This document shows, in pieces, positions 10,382-19,934 of a stretch of DNA of 64,000 nt. The notes beneath the pieces are model-generated. The model did not search any database, was not told where the DNA came from, and saw only the letters and a list, made by a program, of their open reading frames with translations. The DNA is taken from the NCBI GenBank assembly GCA_046498225.1, contig JAWOBF010000059.1, positions 32,001 through 96,000 on the forward strand, read 5' to 3'. Source of the DNA: Candidatus Aegiribacteria sp. (GTDB lineage: Bacteria > Fermentibacterota > Fermentibacteria > Fermentibacterales > JCC-6). The position numbers were made by a program, and so were the translations under genes. Numbering within the stretch: position 1 is the first letter of the stretch; each line of letters starts with the position of its first letter.

Positions 10382-10906
10382 CTAGTCAATCGGTTGGTTC
10401 TTCTCCAGGTCTATCATCAGCTGGCTGCGTTGCGACATCTTCTCGCTGAAGTCCACCAGCAGGTCAACCATTGTATCGATGGCCGGTTTCAGGTCCGAAT
10501 CCGCCGCGGCGGCGGCCTGCAGCGATTCCAGGGCTCCCTCAAGTTCCTCGATATCCTCCATCAGGCTTATATCGAAGGCGTAGAGATCGTCCAGCTGGTC
10601 CTCTCTGACCTTGTGCATGTCGAAAAGTCCCCTGTAACCCCTGGAGGCGAACCTGATCTCGTCGGTGACCCTCTCCAGCCTCTTTGTTATTCGGTCGAAC
10701 TGGTTGACGGACTTGAGAGCGGAAGGCCCCTTCATGCCGGCCGGTATCTCGTTGACAGCGTTTCTCAGACTGTCCAGCCTGCTGACCAGGGTCATTCTGA
10801 AGAGGTGGTCGTTGTCACGCCTTTCCTCCTTGCTCTTGTAACCCTTGTAGCCGGGTATCAGCCGTATCGCCTTCTCCAGGAACCCCAGTTCTCTTCCCTC
10901 GCTCAT
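10382..10906 (-). CDS. Conserved helical hypothetical protein
   Basis: ATG at 10906 follows AAAGGA. IPGYKGY..KEERR motif; amphipathic helical composition; directly upstream of the SPFH gene. Confidence 0.7.
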   Translation of the reverse strand: MSEGRELGFLEKAIRLIPGYKGYKSKEERRDNDHLFRMTLVSRLDSLRNAVNEIPAGMKGPSALKSVNQFDRITKRLERVTDEIRFASRGYRGLFDMHKVREDQLDDLYAFDISLMEDIEELEGALESLQAAAAADSDLKPAIDTMVDLLVDFSEKMSQRSQLMIDLEKNQPID

Positions 10907-10948
10907 AGCATGTCCTTTCTTCAAGACCGACTTCCGTAAATACGATGA

Positions 10949-10983
10949 ATCATAACTATAACACTAATCGATCATGTCAATAA
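10949..10983 (-). promoter_or_regulatory. Candidate sigma70 promoter for the leftward gene run (10906 to 793)
   Basis: AT-rich gap with minus-strand TTGACA (10980-10975) and extended -10-like TGtTATAGT (10963-10955). The -35/-10 spacing is non-canonical. Confidence 0.4.
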
Positions 10984-10985
10984 GG

Positions 10986-11984
10986 TCACCTGTCCGGTAT
11001 AGACCTAATATTGGCCAGATGGCCGGCATGGGTCCTGGCGAAGAGATGCCTGCCCGTCCCGTCGTCCCTGCTGACGAAATAGATGTACCCCTGGCTGGTA
11101 TCCGGATGCACCGCGGCATGGATGGACAGGGATCCCGGAGAACATATCGGACCCGGCGGCAGTCCGTGGCTGCGGTAGGTATTGTAGGGATGGTCCACCT
11201 CCAGGTCTCTGTAGAGGAGAACCTCCCTGACCTGTCCCAGCGCGTACTGCACGGTGGCGCAGCTCTCCAGTCTCATCCCCCTTCTAAGCCTTCCCAGGAA
11301 GACCCCCGCAACCAGCGGCCTCTCGGAATCCACCCTGGCTTCCCTCTCCACTATGGACGCCAGTATCATGGTCTCATGCGGGGAAAGGCCGGTGTGCTCC
11401 AGGTTCTCCTCCAGGTCTCCGGGCCATCTGGACCTTCCCGTATCCACTATGCGCTCCAGCATCTCCACTGCGGAAAGGGTATCCGCGAACTCGTAGGTCT
11501 CCGGGTAGAGGTAGCCCTCGAGGGAGGGAACCCCGAGAGAGTCCAGGAAATCCCGGTCCCGGGCAAGGCTGTCAAGATCATCCCGGTCTATGGGGGTGGA
11601 GCGGGAGATTATCTCCAGGGACTGCTCGAGTGTCAGGCCCGGTGCCAGGGTGACCCAGCTGGTGGCCACCGGTATGACCTCGCCCCTGGCGATGATGCCC
11701 AGTATCGAGTCGGGTGTCATCGAATCGTCCAGAGAATAGGTCCCCGCCTGAAGGGGGGGAGCCCCCTCCATCACCGAGTACCGCCACAGAATGTAGAGCC
11801 TGCACCTCACCAGACCGGAATCGGACAGGGCCCGGGATATGGTCCTGGCTCCCCAGCCTCTCTCCACGGTGAATTCGCAGCGTCTGCCCCCGCAGGGAGG
11901 GCTGCCGCACCATCTGAGAACGAATGCTCCGGCCGCCGCCAGGAGCAGTACAACAAGGACTGCCGGCAGGAGCTTGCGCTTCAT
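10986..11984 (-). CDS. mltG: Endolytic transglycosylase MltG
   Basis: N-terminal TM, LEGYLYPETY, LASIVERE, YNTY...GLPPGPI.SPG. Confidence 0.95.
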   Translation of the reverse strand: MKRKLLPAVLVVLLLAAAGAFVLRWCGSPPCGGRRCEFTVERGWGARTISRALSDSGLVRCRLYILWRYSVMEGAPPLQAGTYSLDDSMTPDSILGIIARGEVIPVATSWVTLAPGLTLEQSLEIISRSTPIDRDDLDSLARDRDFLDSLGVPSLEGYLYPETYEFADTLSAVEMLERIVDTGRSRWPGDLEENLEHTGLSPHETMILASIVEREARVDSERPLVAGVFLGRLRRGMRLESCATVQYALGQVREVLLYRDLEVDHPYNTYRSHGLPPGPICSPGSLSIHAAVHPDTSQGYIYFVSRDDGTGRHLFARTHAGHLANIRSIPDR

Positions 11985-12367
11985 GGTATACCGAGATATC
12001 TCTTCAGGATTATCATGGCGGCCATGGAATCCAGCCTGCCGTCTCTGCGGTCGCCCGTCGCCGTATTTCTTCCGGCTTCCGCGGTTGACCCGGTCTCCAC
12101 CACCAGATCCACACTGAAGCCTCTCTCCCTGAGAAATTCCGCCAGTCCCTCGACTTCACGCGAGAGCTGGGTAGGTCTGCCGGAGGCCGAAAGCGGCAGA
12201 CCAAGGACCACGGTCCCCCTTCCGCTCTCCCCATGAATACTTTCCAGTCTTTCTCGAATACCCTCCCATGTGGTGTTCAGCATCGGTTCCAGAGGCAGGA
12301 CCACGCCGGACATATGCAGGGCGAAACCGGTACGCGCCTTTCCGTAATCCACGCCTATCTCCGCCAC
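11981..12367 (-). CDS. ruvX: YqgF/RuvX family RNase H-fold nuclease
   Basis: GVDYG..RTG.A, VVLGLP, ETGST, DSMAA.IIL. GTG start at 12367 lies just after the upstream stop. Confidence 0.85.
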   Translation of the reverse strand: MAEIGVDYGKARTGFALHMSGVVLPLEPMLNTTWEGIRERLESIHGESGRGTVVLGLPLSASGRPTQLSREVEGLAEFLRERGFSVDLVVETGSTAEAGRNTATGDRRDGRLDSMAAMIILKRYLGIP

Positions 12368-12368
12368 T

Positions 12369-14042
12369 TCAGAAATCCCTTCCCGCCAGACTCCTGTATC
12401 CGGCCCTGACGAACAGTACCACAACCACAGCTGTGAGGACGGTGAGCCATCCCACTGATACTTTCATGTACTGCAGAAGAGCGGTGGAAGGAGACCGGGC
12501 CGCAAAGGAGTTCCTCAGGGTCATGCCCAGCAGTGTGACCGAAACCAGAACGTAGCTCATGGACGCGAAGGCAGCGATTATTCCACCCTGGCTGCTGGCT
12601 ATATTGGCGGCGCTTCCCCTGTCGAACCTGGGGAATACGGCTCCCAGGCCGGTGTTTATGCTCACCAGGGCGGCGCACATCAGCGTCAGGGATATGGTGG
12701 AAACAGCCACCAGGACCCATCCGGCACCTATCTTGAGCGTGGACCAGACTCCTACGCCCACTATGAATGGAGCGATGAAAATGAAGGATTCCACCCATTT
12801 GCTCCGAAGCAGAAGCCCCCTGCCGCCGGGAAGCTGGAGGATGTAGCTGAGCCCCGGACCCTCCAGGCTGATGGAGGGAAAAGTGAACCTGACCAGAAGG
12901 GTGGCGGTCACGAAGCATGAAAAGGAGAAATTCAGGTAGACCAGTATGGACCGCCAGAACTGGTGGCCGATGTCTGTGGGGAACCTGTTTATGTTCATCG
13001 CGTACACCAGGAACAGTCCGGTGAGCAGAAGGAGCTGGCTCCACTGTACGGGGTCCCTGAAGAACAGGAGGACGTCCTTGCTGAGCATGGTCTTGAAACG
13101 GCCTCCGGACCTCAGGAAAAGGTTGCTGCCCCTCCTTCTGGATGAGACGGCCTGCACCGATGAGTACATCTTCCTGAAACCCGGGCATATCATGAGACAG
13201 GCCAGTCCCGCGGCGGCGGCTGCTTCCAGAAGTAGTATCCCGACGCTGAGAAGTCCCCGGGCCAGGTTCCCCTCATCGATGAAGATGATGCTGTTGGCGA
13301 AGAGCGTATGCGGCCACAGGGAGCCTCCGGCTATCGGAAGGTCTGCTACGAAGCTCTGCAGAGCGTCCAGAGCCGTTTCATCCTCGGCAACCATGCCCGC
13401 CGGGTCCGATCCCTGAAGTATCAGAAAGATCCCGGCTACCACCAGCAGCCCCAGCAGCCCCGCCGTTCTCCATATACGGCCGCTGCCGCTGCCGATTCTG
13501 ATGGATGCCCCCAGCAGAATGGTACCCGATGACAGCCAGACCAGCATAAGCAGCGGGAAGGCCGCCAGGGATACAAGGGTGGCCGTGGAACTCACCTGAA
13601 GCGAGACGCAGAAGGCAAGGACGATGGGCACACCCAGCAGAAGAATGGCCCATCCAGCGTTGAACCAGCTTTCGACCCCCCTGTAGAAGGCCGTCAGGCG
13701 GTCCCTTACCGGCATGCTGAGCAGGTAGGATGTCTCCCATGACCTGAATACCACAGAAACCCCGCTGATGAAGGAAGATATCCCGATGAACACTCCCAGC
13801 GTCATGAAGGTCATGGACATGAGTCTCCTGGCCAGGGCCACTCCGAAACCGGCGAAGGTCTCCTCCAGGCTGTAGATGTAACTGAACAGGAATTCGAAGA
13901 GCAGGAATATTCCGGGCACCAGCACACCCATGGTGACAATGCCGGCGATGACCTTGAGCCTGTTGTCGCTCCATTCGGAGGATACGGCGCCCAGCAGGGT
14001 CGCCCATTTCATTTTGAACAGGAGTACCATCTTCCAAAGCAT
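12369..14042 (-). CDS. Putative ABC exporter permease subunit (polytopic membrane protein)
   Basis: About 12-14 TM segments; YLLSMPV, KD...FFRDPVQWSQ, SLEG motifs. Confidence 0.75.
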   Translation of the reverse strand: MLWKMVLLFKMKWATLLGAVSSEWSDNRLKVIAGIVTMGVLVPGIFLLFEFLFSYIYSLEETFAGFGVALARRLMSMTFMTLGVFIGISSFISGVSVVFRSWETSYLLSMPVRDRLTAFYRGVESWFNAGWAILLLGVPIVLAFCVSLQVSSTATLVSLAAFPLLMLVWLSSGTILLGASIRIGSGSGRIWRTAGLLGLLVVAGIFLILQGSDPAGMVAEDETALDALQSFVADLPIAGGSLWPHTLFANSIIFIDEGNLARGLLSVGILLLEAAAAAGLACLMICPGFRKMYSSVQAVSSRRRGSNLFLRSGGRFKTMLSKDVLLFFRDPVQWSQLLLLTGLFLVYAMNINRFPTDIGHQFWRSILVYLNFSFSCFVTATLLVRFTFPSISLEGPGLSYILQLPGGRGLLLRSKWVESFIFIAPFIVGVGVWSTLKIGAGWVLVAVSTISLTLMCAALVSINTGLGAVFPRFDRGSAANIASSQGGIIAAFASMSYVLVSVTLLGMTLRNSFAARSPSTALLQYMKVSVGWLTVLTAVVVVLFVRAGYRSLAGRDF

Positions 14043-14149
14043 ACGGGAAAATAATACCTTGCGCCGCCACCTCCCAGCCCCATGCCGTGAGCGTGATGGA
14101 CAGACTTCCAGCCGGGGAATAGATTACGGTGTTCGAAAAGGAGGCTGGA

Positions 14150-14497
14150 ATGAAATGTCCCAACTGCGGAGCCCAGATAAACGCTTTCGGGGATGACGGC
14201 TATACCTGCGAGTACTGTCATTCCAGTTTCCATCCCCGTGAACTGGACCCGGACTGGAAGGCCGGCACGGACGGGCCGGAGGTAAGGGAAGTTCATCATC
14301 ATTACCACCACAGTGAACCGCCCGACAGGCTTTCGGCCGGCATGGGGTGCCTGGTCTTTCTCTTCTTCCCCCTGGGCTGGATTATCTACTTCCTCTACCG
14401 TGATTCCTCCCCCAGAAAAGCCAGGACAGCCATGATAATTGCCGCTGTCATGACGGTGTTCTTTCTCACAGGTGTTGTTACCGGCGGCGGCAGCTAG
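14150..14497 (+). CDS. Small zinc-ribbon membrane protein
   Basis: AGGAGG SD before ATG; CPNCGA...CEYC; His-rich linker; two C-terminal hydrophobic segments. Confidence 0.75.
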   Translation: MKCPNCGAQINAFGDDGYTCEYCHSSFHPRELDPDWKAGTDGPEVREVHHHYHHSEPPDRLSAGMGCLVFLFFPLGWIIYFLYRDSSPRKARTAMIIAAVMTVFFLTGVVTGGGS

Positions 14498-14564
14498 CCG
14501 GAAGGCCGGCCCTGAACATCCCCGCAGGCTCACTTTTTTATGGACCGTGACAGGGAGTTGATCG

Positions 14565-16124
14565 ATGCCGGGAAGCAGTTCAACATGGCTTACGGAAAAA
14601 CGGGGCGGAATCGCAGCGGTTCTGTTCGCCCTTGCCACCAGGATGGCCCATTACATCGGTTACCTCCTGGGACAGCGGACCGAACTGTACTACTGGCCTG
14701 TCCTGGCCTGCAGGAAGTTCGAGTCCGCGGCTGCGGGAATCCTTCAGGGAGACCCGGGCGCGGGACCGTTCACCTACGCCAGTCCCCTCTACAGGTACTT
14801 CCTTCTTCCCTTCTACGCGGCGGAGGCCGGCCGGACCGGCCTGTTCGTGTTCCAGAGCCTTCTGGGAGTCCTTACCGCGTGGATGATATTCAGACTTGCC
14901 CTCCGGGCGGGGGCGGGAACCGGACCGGCCCTGGCCGGGGCGGCGGGCTGGTCCCTCTACGCGCCGGCGGTGTTCTTCGAACTCACCATTCTTCCCGTCT
15001 CGCTTCTGACACTTCTGATAACGGGTTTCACGCTGCTCCAGACAGGCAGGGGAGCCAACAGTATCCGTTCGGCAGGTTCAGGCCTGATAGCGGGGTTGAT
15101 ATCGGGGCTCAGGCCGCCTTTCATCCTCCTGCTGGGGACACCCGTCTGGAAATACCTGCGGAATAGGGAATGGAGAAATCTGCTCATCTTGTTTCCGGCT
15201 CTCCTGCTTCCCCTCCTGTTCCTCTCCTACCAGCATGAAAGGGCGGGAGGCGGCTTCTATCCCTTCCCCAGGACCGCGGGGACCAATCTGGTTCTAGGCC
15301 ACAGCTCACAGTCCTCCGGGTACGGGCCGCCGATACCATCCCTGGGTCTGGTGGAGACCGGAAGAGGGGATATCCATGAGGTCGCGGCAGAAGCTGCGGC
15401 GGACCTGGGCTACTCCACCCCCGCGGAAGCCGACGCCTACTGGATGAGGACCGCCCTGTCCTGGATAGCGGAAAATCCGCTGGAGGAGCTGAGGTTGATG
15501 GCGGTCAAGGTCGGAGGTTTCTTCGGCGCGGGAGCCTTCGACACCTATTACGAAATGGGAAGGGTCAGGTCGTTCAATCCCGTGTTCCGGCTGTTCTTCG
15601 TTCCCCGTTTCCTGCTGGTCATGGTATTCCTGGCAGGCCTGGTGAGCTTCTGCGTCGGAGGGAAGCACCGCGCGGCCATACTTGCCCCCGTGGCGGTGGC
15701 CCTTCTTTCCACGGTTGTCTTCGTCCATTCCGAGAGGTACTTCCTTCCGGCGCTTCCTCTCATGGCGGCCGCCGGTGTGTCCGGACTGACCGTACTCTTT
15801 CGAAGGGCGGGGACAGCTCCGCTGCGGTGGGCCGCGGCCGGGATCACCGGCCTGCTTCTGATGCTGCCCTCACTGATCTATCCCGTACCCCGGGTGCCGG
15901 AAGAGATGTTCATCGGATCGCTTGCGGTCAGGGCCCATCACATGGAGGACTACGTCACGGCGCTGGAGCTGTTCGAAAGGGCCGCGCTACTGGCCCGCCG
16001 GGGCAGTGTCGTCTGGGTGCAGGGACATTCGGAGGCAGCCGGGATCGCCCGTGCCCTGGGTAACACCGAAAGGGCGGAGCAGCACGAGAATATCCTTCAG
16101 GAAGCGGGATTCCTCCCGAACTGA
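14565..16124 (+). CDS. GT-C fold (PMT/ArnT-like) membrane glycosyltransferase with C-terminal TPR-like helix pair
   Basis: Many TM segments; F..SPLY.YFL, LYAP.VFFE, ALSWI.ENP, ERYFLP. Confidence 0.7.
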   Translation: MPGSSSTWLTEKRGGIAAVLFALATRMAHYIGYLLGQRTELYYWPVLACRKFESAAAGILQGDPGAGPFTYASPLYRYFLLPFYAAEAGRTGLFVFQSLLGVLTAWMIFRLALRAGAGTGPALAGAAGWSLYAPAVFFELTILPVSLLTLLITGFTLLQTGRGANSIRSAGSGLIAGLISGLRPPFILLLGTPVWKYLRNREWRNLLILFPALLLPLLFLSYQHERAGGGFYPFPRTAGTNLVLGHSSQSSGYGPPIPSLGLVETGRGDIHEVAAEAAADLGYSTPAEADAYWMRTALSWIAENPLEELRLMAVKVGGFFGAGAFDTYYEMGRVRSFNPVFRLFFVPRFLLVMVFLAGLVSFCVGGKHRAAILAPVAVALLSTVVFVHSERYFLPALPLMAAAGVSGLTVLFRRAGTAPLRWAAAGITGLLLMLPSLIYPVPRVPEEMFIGSLAVRAHHMEDYVTALELFERAALLARRGSVVWVQGHSEAAGIARALGNTERAEQHENILQEAGFLPN

Positions 16125-17170
16125 CCGACGTCTTCGTTCATTTCGTTCAGGAACGCCACCAGCAGCTCTATGGCGGTCTCCACATCGTGTCTGTGGATGA
16201 CAGCCACCGGGCTGTGTCCGTACCTGGTGGGAATGGAAAGGCACGTGGAATGCGCTCCCGGGGAGAACCTCTGCATGCTGGAGGTATCCGTCCCGCCCCT
16301 GGCCAGGATCTCCATCTGATGGTCGATCCCCCGGTCCTCGGCCAGTTTTCTGATGTACTCCACCAGGGGTGTGGAACTGATGACGCTGGAATCCATCTGC
16401 TTTATGGCCACGCCACTGCCCAGGTCCGCCACCTTCATTCTGGCGGGAAATCCCGGAGTGTCCCCAGCCCCGGTGATGTCCACCGCTATGCCCACGTCCG
16501 GACCGACAGCCTGAGCTGCAACAGTGGAGCCCCGCAGACCCACCTCTTCCTGAGAGGTGCCCACCGCGTATACATCGATGGAGGGATTCTCGTACCGCTT
16601 CATGGCTTCTATGATGATGTAGACCCCTACCCTGTCGTCGAATGCCTTGGCCAGCAGGCAGTCGCCCAGCTCCATGAACTCGCTGTCCATGGAGACCCAG
16701 TCACCCCTGCTGACCCTCTCCTTAACCTCTTCCCCGGGCAGCCCGAAGTCCAGGTAGAGCTTGTCGATCTTCGCCGGGGAAGCCTTGTCCTTCTCCGCAG
16801 GCTCCCACATCCTGTGCATCACCGCCGGAAGAAGCTCTCCGCCCCTGGTATGCACCCTGACCGTGTGACCGAGGATGCTGGCCGGGTCCCATCCGCCCAC
16901 CGGCACCACCGAGGCGAAGCCGCTCTCGTCGATGTTGTACACCAGGAAGCCTATCTCATCGATATGTCCGGCCAGCATGATCTTCGGACGGTCCTTCCCC
17001 CCGCTTCCCTTCCTCACCGCCGTAACGTTTTTCATGGCATCGGTGTAGATCCTGTCGGCATGACCTTCGAGGGCTTCCCTGAAAATCTCCACTATCGCGT
17101 CCTCGTGCCCCGATACTCCGTCTGCCTCGCAGAGTCTCCTGAGAAGTTCCATCCGTGGATTTCCTTTCAT
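16097..17170 (-). CDS. M42 family aminopeptidase
   Basis: GVSGHE, GHIDEIG, KAFDDR, QEEVGLRG, GGTD, IPTRYGHS. Confidence 0.95.
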   Translation of the reverse strand: MKGNPRMELLRRLCEADGVSGHEDAIVEIFREALEGHADRIYTDAMKNVTAVRKGSGGKDRPKIMLAGHIDEIGFLVYNIDESGFASVVPVGGWDPASILGHTVRVHTRGGELLPAVMHRMWEPAEKDKASPAKIDKLYLDFGLPGEEVKERVSRGDWVSMDSEFMELGDCLLAKAFDDRVGVYIIIEAMKRYENPSIDVYAVGTSQEEVGLRGSTVAAQAVGPDVGIAVDITGAGDTPGFPARMKVADLGSGVAIKQMDSSVISSTPLVEYIRKLAEDRGIDHQMEILARGGTDTSSMQRFSPGAHSTCLSIPTRYGHSPVAVIHRHDVETAIELLVAFLNEMNEDVGQFGRNPAS

Positions 17171-17189
17171 TCCGCCGAATTCGCTCCGG

Positions 17190-18125
17190 CTACCTGGCTT
17201 CCATCCAGGTGAACCCCGCCGCGTCCATCCACCGTGTCGGGGAGGACGCAGCGAAATCAATATCTTCGATGACGCTGGCAGCCGCTTCCGCGGGCTCCAG
17301 CCCGTTCTCAAGTATCTGGTTCAGGTAGAATATCTCGATGATGCCGCTGGCTCCCCAGTCCACACTGTTGGTGTATCCCGATACAAGGAATCCCGAAGGC
17401 CAGGTCTCTCTTGAGTCGATAATCGCCCGTGGAAGGTTCCCGGCCATTATTTCGCAGCAGCTGAAATGCACCATGGCCAGGTTGCCGCAAGGTTCTATGG
17501 CCTTAAGGAAATCCCGCTGCGAAACCGTCCCCGAAGCCAGCTCTATACCCGCGGGTGTTCCATGGGAGGCGATGACGAGGTAGAGGTCTCCCGGCAGTCC
17601 GGAGGATTCCAGACAGAACTGCTTCAGGTCGTCCCCGTCGTGGATGAACCTGTGCCTCACCGAGACTCCCGGAGCCCTGGCGAACCAGCTTGCCAGCATC
17701 TCTCCAAAGGAGTACTCGTCATCGCTGAGGGAGGACTGCCATTCGGACTCCAGTACCACAAGCCAGTTGGAGGGGGCCATGCCGGAGCCGGTCCTGTATC
17801 CCTCCCACTCGTGCCAGGCTCCTCCTCCATCCGGTCTCCAGTTCCCGCTGATCCGGTTCCCGTCATCGGAAAGCCGGAACCAGCCCTCTCCGGAAGCGGA
17901 GGGCTCGGTGTAGGTGAACACCAGCCTTCCGTCGTCTTCGACCCCGCCTCGAATGGTGGAGTACCCTCCCAGGGTGTAGTATCCGCTCACGGAACCGTTC
18001 TCCTGAAAAAGGACCAGCGTGCCGTATGTGGTATCCCAGGTCCCGGAGAAATCGACCGCTTCCTCCGCCGGGGCGGACAGCGGCAGGAACAGGGCCGCCG
18101 CCATCACCGGAGCGAGACCCCTCAT
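17190..18125 (-). CDS. Exported protein: N-terminal beta domain plus C-terminal caspase/CHAT-like (clan CD) domain
   Basis: Signal peptide; FSGTWDTTYGTL beta region; LVIASHG ... VHFSCC ... VSGYTNSVDW. Confidence 0.6.
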   Translation of the reverse strand: MRGLAPVMAAALFLPLSAPAEEAVDFSGTWDTTYGTLVLFQENGSVSGYYTLGGYSTIRGGVEDDGRLVFTYTEPSASGEGWFRLSDDGNRISGNWRPDGGGAWHEWEGYRTGSGMAPSNWLVVLESEWQSSLSDDEYSFGEMLASWFARAPGVSVRHRFIHDGDDLKQFCLESSGLPGDLYLVIASHGTPAGIELASGTVSQRDFLKAIEPCGNLAMVHFSCCEIMAGNLPRAIIDSRETWPSGFLVSGYTNSVDWGASGIIEIFYLNQILENGLEPAEAAASVIEDIDFAASSPTRWMDAAGFTWMEAR

Positions 18126-19909
18126 TCGAGGATCGCCCTTATCCTGCGGACACCCCTTGAGGAGCTCTTCTCCTTGAGTATTCTAAAATGGCCCAGCTCA
18201 CCGGTCCTGGACACATGGGGCCCTCCGCATATCTCCAGAGAGTAATCACCTATACGGTAGACCTTCACCCTGTCACCGTACCTGCTGCGGAAAAGTCCAA
18301 TCGCCCCCTCGTCCAGGGCCTCCTCCAGCAGCTTCTCCTCGCAGACCACCGGCAGGTCGGCCTCTATCATCCGGTTGACCGATCGCTCCACCTGTTCTAT
18401 CTCGCTGTCGGTCATCGCCTCGGAGTGGCTGAAGTCGAACCTGAGCCTCTTCTCCGTGATGTTGCTTCCCTTCTGCTCCACATGGTCTCCCAGTACCTCC
18501 CTCAGGGCCTGGTGAAGAAGGTGTGTGGCGGTGTGAAGCCTGGTTACCATCCGGCTGTTGTCCGCCAGACCGCCGCTGAACTTTTTCTCGCTGCCCTGCC
18601 GGGAAAGTTCCCTGTGCTTGTCGAATGCTTTTCTGTAACCTTCCATGTCGACGGTCATGCCGTGCTCGGAGGCCAGCTCGCCGGTGAATTCCACCGGGAA
18701 ACCGTACGTGTCGTACAGCCTGAAGGCTACTCTGCCGGGAATTATTCCTGACGGGTTCTTCAGCAGGTTGGGAAGCAGTTTCTCGAACTCCCTCAGGCCG
18801 GCCTGGAGGGTCGCCTCGAACCTCTCTTCCTCCCCGGCCAGCTCCCCTATCACGAAATCCCTGTTCCTTTCCAGCTCCTCATGCACCGGGGACTCGGTCT
18901 GTATGACCAGTTCCGCCAGCCTGTGGGTGAACGGCTCCTCTATGCCCAGCTTCCTTCCGTGCCTTATAGCGAGGCGAACCAGCCTTCGAAGGACGTAGCC
19001 CCTGTCCAGGTTGGAGGGGGGTACCCCCTGGTCGTCGCCCAGTATATGGGTGGCTGTCCGGATATGGTCGGAGATTATTCGAAGCGAGCGCAGCGACAAG
19101 GGATCCGGGCTGGAGCCAATTCCGGCGAGCTTTCTCAGGAAGCCGAAAAGGGGCCGGAACTGGGGTATGTCGTAGATGGAATCTTTTCCGTTCATCATGG
19201 CCACCGTCCTGGCTACCCCCATTCCGGTGTCCACGTTCTTCTGCTTCAGGGGCACGAAAGTTCCCTCAGTTGTCTTGCGGTACTCCATGAAGACGTCGTT
19301 CCATATCTCGAAGAACCTGCCGCAGCCGCAGCCGGGCCTGCATTCCGGCCCGCAGGAGGGTCTGCCCGTATCGATGAACATCTCCGTGTCCGGCCCGCAG
19401 GGTCCCGTGGCCCCAGTCGGACCCCACCAGTTATCCTCCCTGGCCAGGAAGTATATCCGGTCGCGGGAAACCCCCACCTCCTCCCACAGGGCCGCGGCCT
19501 CCTCGTCGGGCGGCACCTGGTCGTCACCGGCGAAGACCGTGACATGGAGCTTCTCGGGGTTGAAACCCAGCCAGTCGCTGTCGGTAAGGAACTGGAAGCT
19601 CCATTCGATTGACTCCCTCTTGAAGTAATCACCCAGCGACCAGTTGCCCAGCATCTCGAAGAAGGTCAGGTGGGAGGAATCCCCCACTTCTTCGATGTCG
19701 CCTGTCCTTATGCACTTCTGCACGTTCACCAGCCTGCTGCCTGCGGGATGCCTCTCCCCCAGCAGGTAGGGAACCAGGGGCTGCATGCCCGCGGGAGTGA
19801 AGAGTATGGTGGAATCCTCCTGCGGTATCAGGGAGGCCCCCTGTATCAGGGCATGTCCCTTTCCGGTAAAAAAATCGAAATAGAGCTGCTTCAGTTCTTC
19901 TGCGGTCAT
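18122..19909 (-). CDS. alaS: Alanine--tRNA ligase (short form without C-Ala domain)
   Basis: AGMQPL, QKCIRT, FFEMLGNWS, DTGMG, editing motifs HTATH and CGGPH. Confidence 0.97.
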   Translation of the reverse strand: MTAEELKQLYFDFFTGKGHALIQGASLIPQEDSTILFTPAGMQPLVPYLLGERHPAGSRLVNVQKCIRTGDIEEVGDSSHLTFFEMLGNWSLGDYFKRESIEWSFQFLTDSDWLGFNPEKLHVTVFAGDDQVPPDEEAAALWEEVGVSRDRIYFLAREDNWWGPTGATGPCGPDTEMFIDTGRPSCGPECRPGCGCGRFFEIWNDVFMEYRKTTEGTFVPLKQKNVDTGMGVARTVAMMNGKDSIYDIPQFRPLFGFLRKLAGIGSSPDPLSLRSLRIISDHIRTATHILGDDQGVPPSNLDRGYVLRRLVRLAIRHGRKLGIEEPFTHRLAELVIQTESPVHEELERNRDFVIGELAGEEERFEATLQAGLREFEKLLPNLLKNPSGIIPGRVAFRLYDTYGFPVEFTGELASEHGMTVDMEGYRKAFDKHRELSRQGSEKKFSGGLADNSRMVTRLHTATHLLHQALREVLGDHVEQKGSNITEKRLRFDFSHSEAMTDSEIEQVERSVNRMIEADLPVVCEEKLLEEALDEGAIGLFRSRYGDRVKVYRIGDYSLEICGGPHVSRTGELGHFRILKEKSSSRGVRRIRAILE

Positions 19910-19934
19910 TGCCTGTCCTCAGTCATTCCAATAG

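Noticed and set aside
16097..16124. Convergent 3' overlap of the GT-C-like gene and the M42 peptidase (similar overlap at 48452..48474)
   Set aside because: Short tail-to-tail overlaps are common in compact GC-rich genomes.
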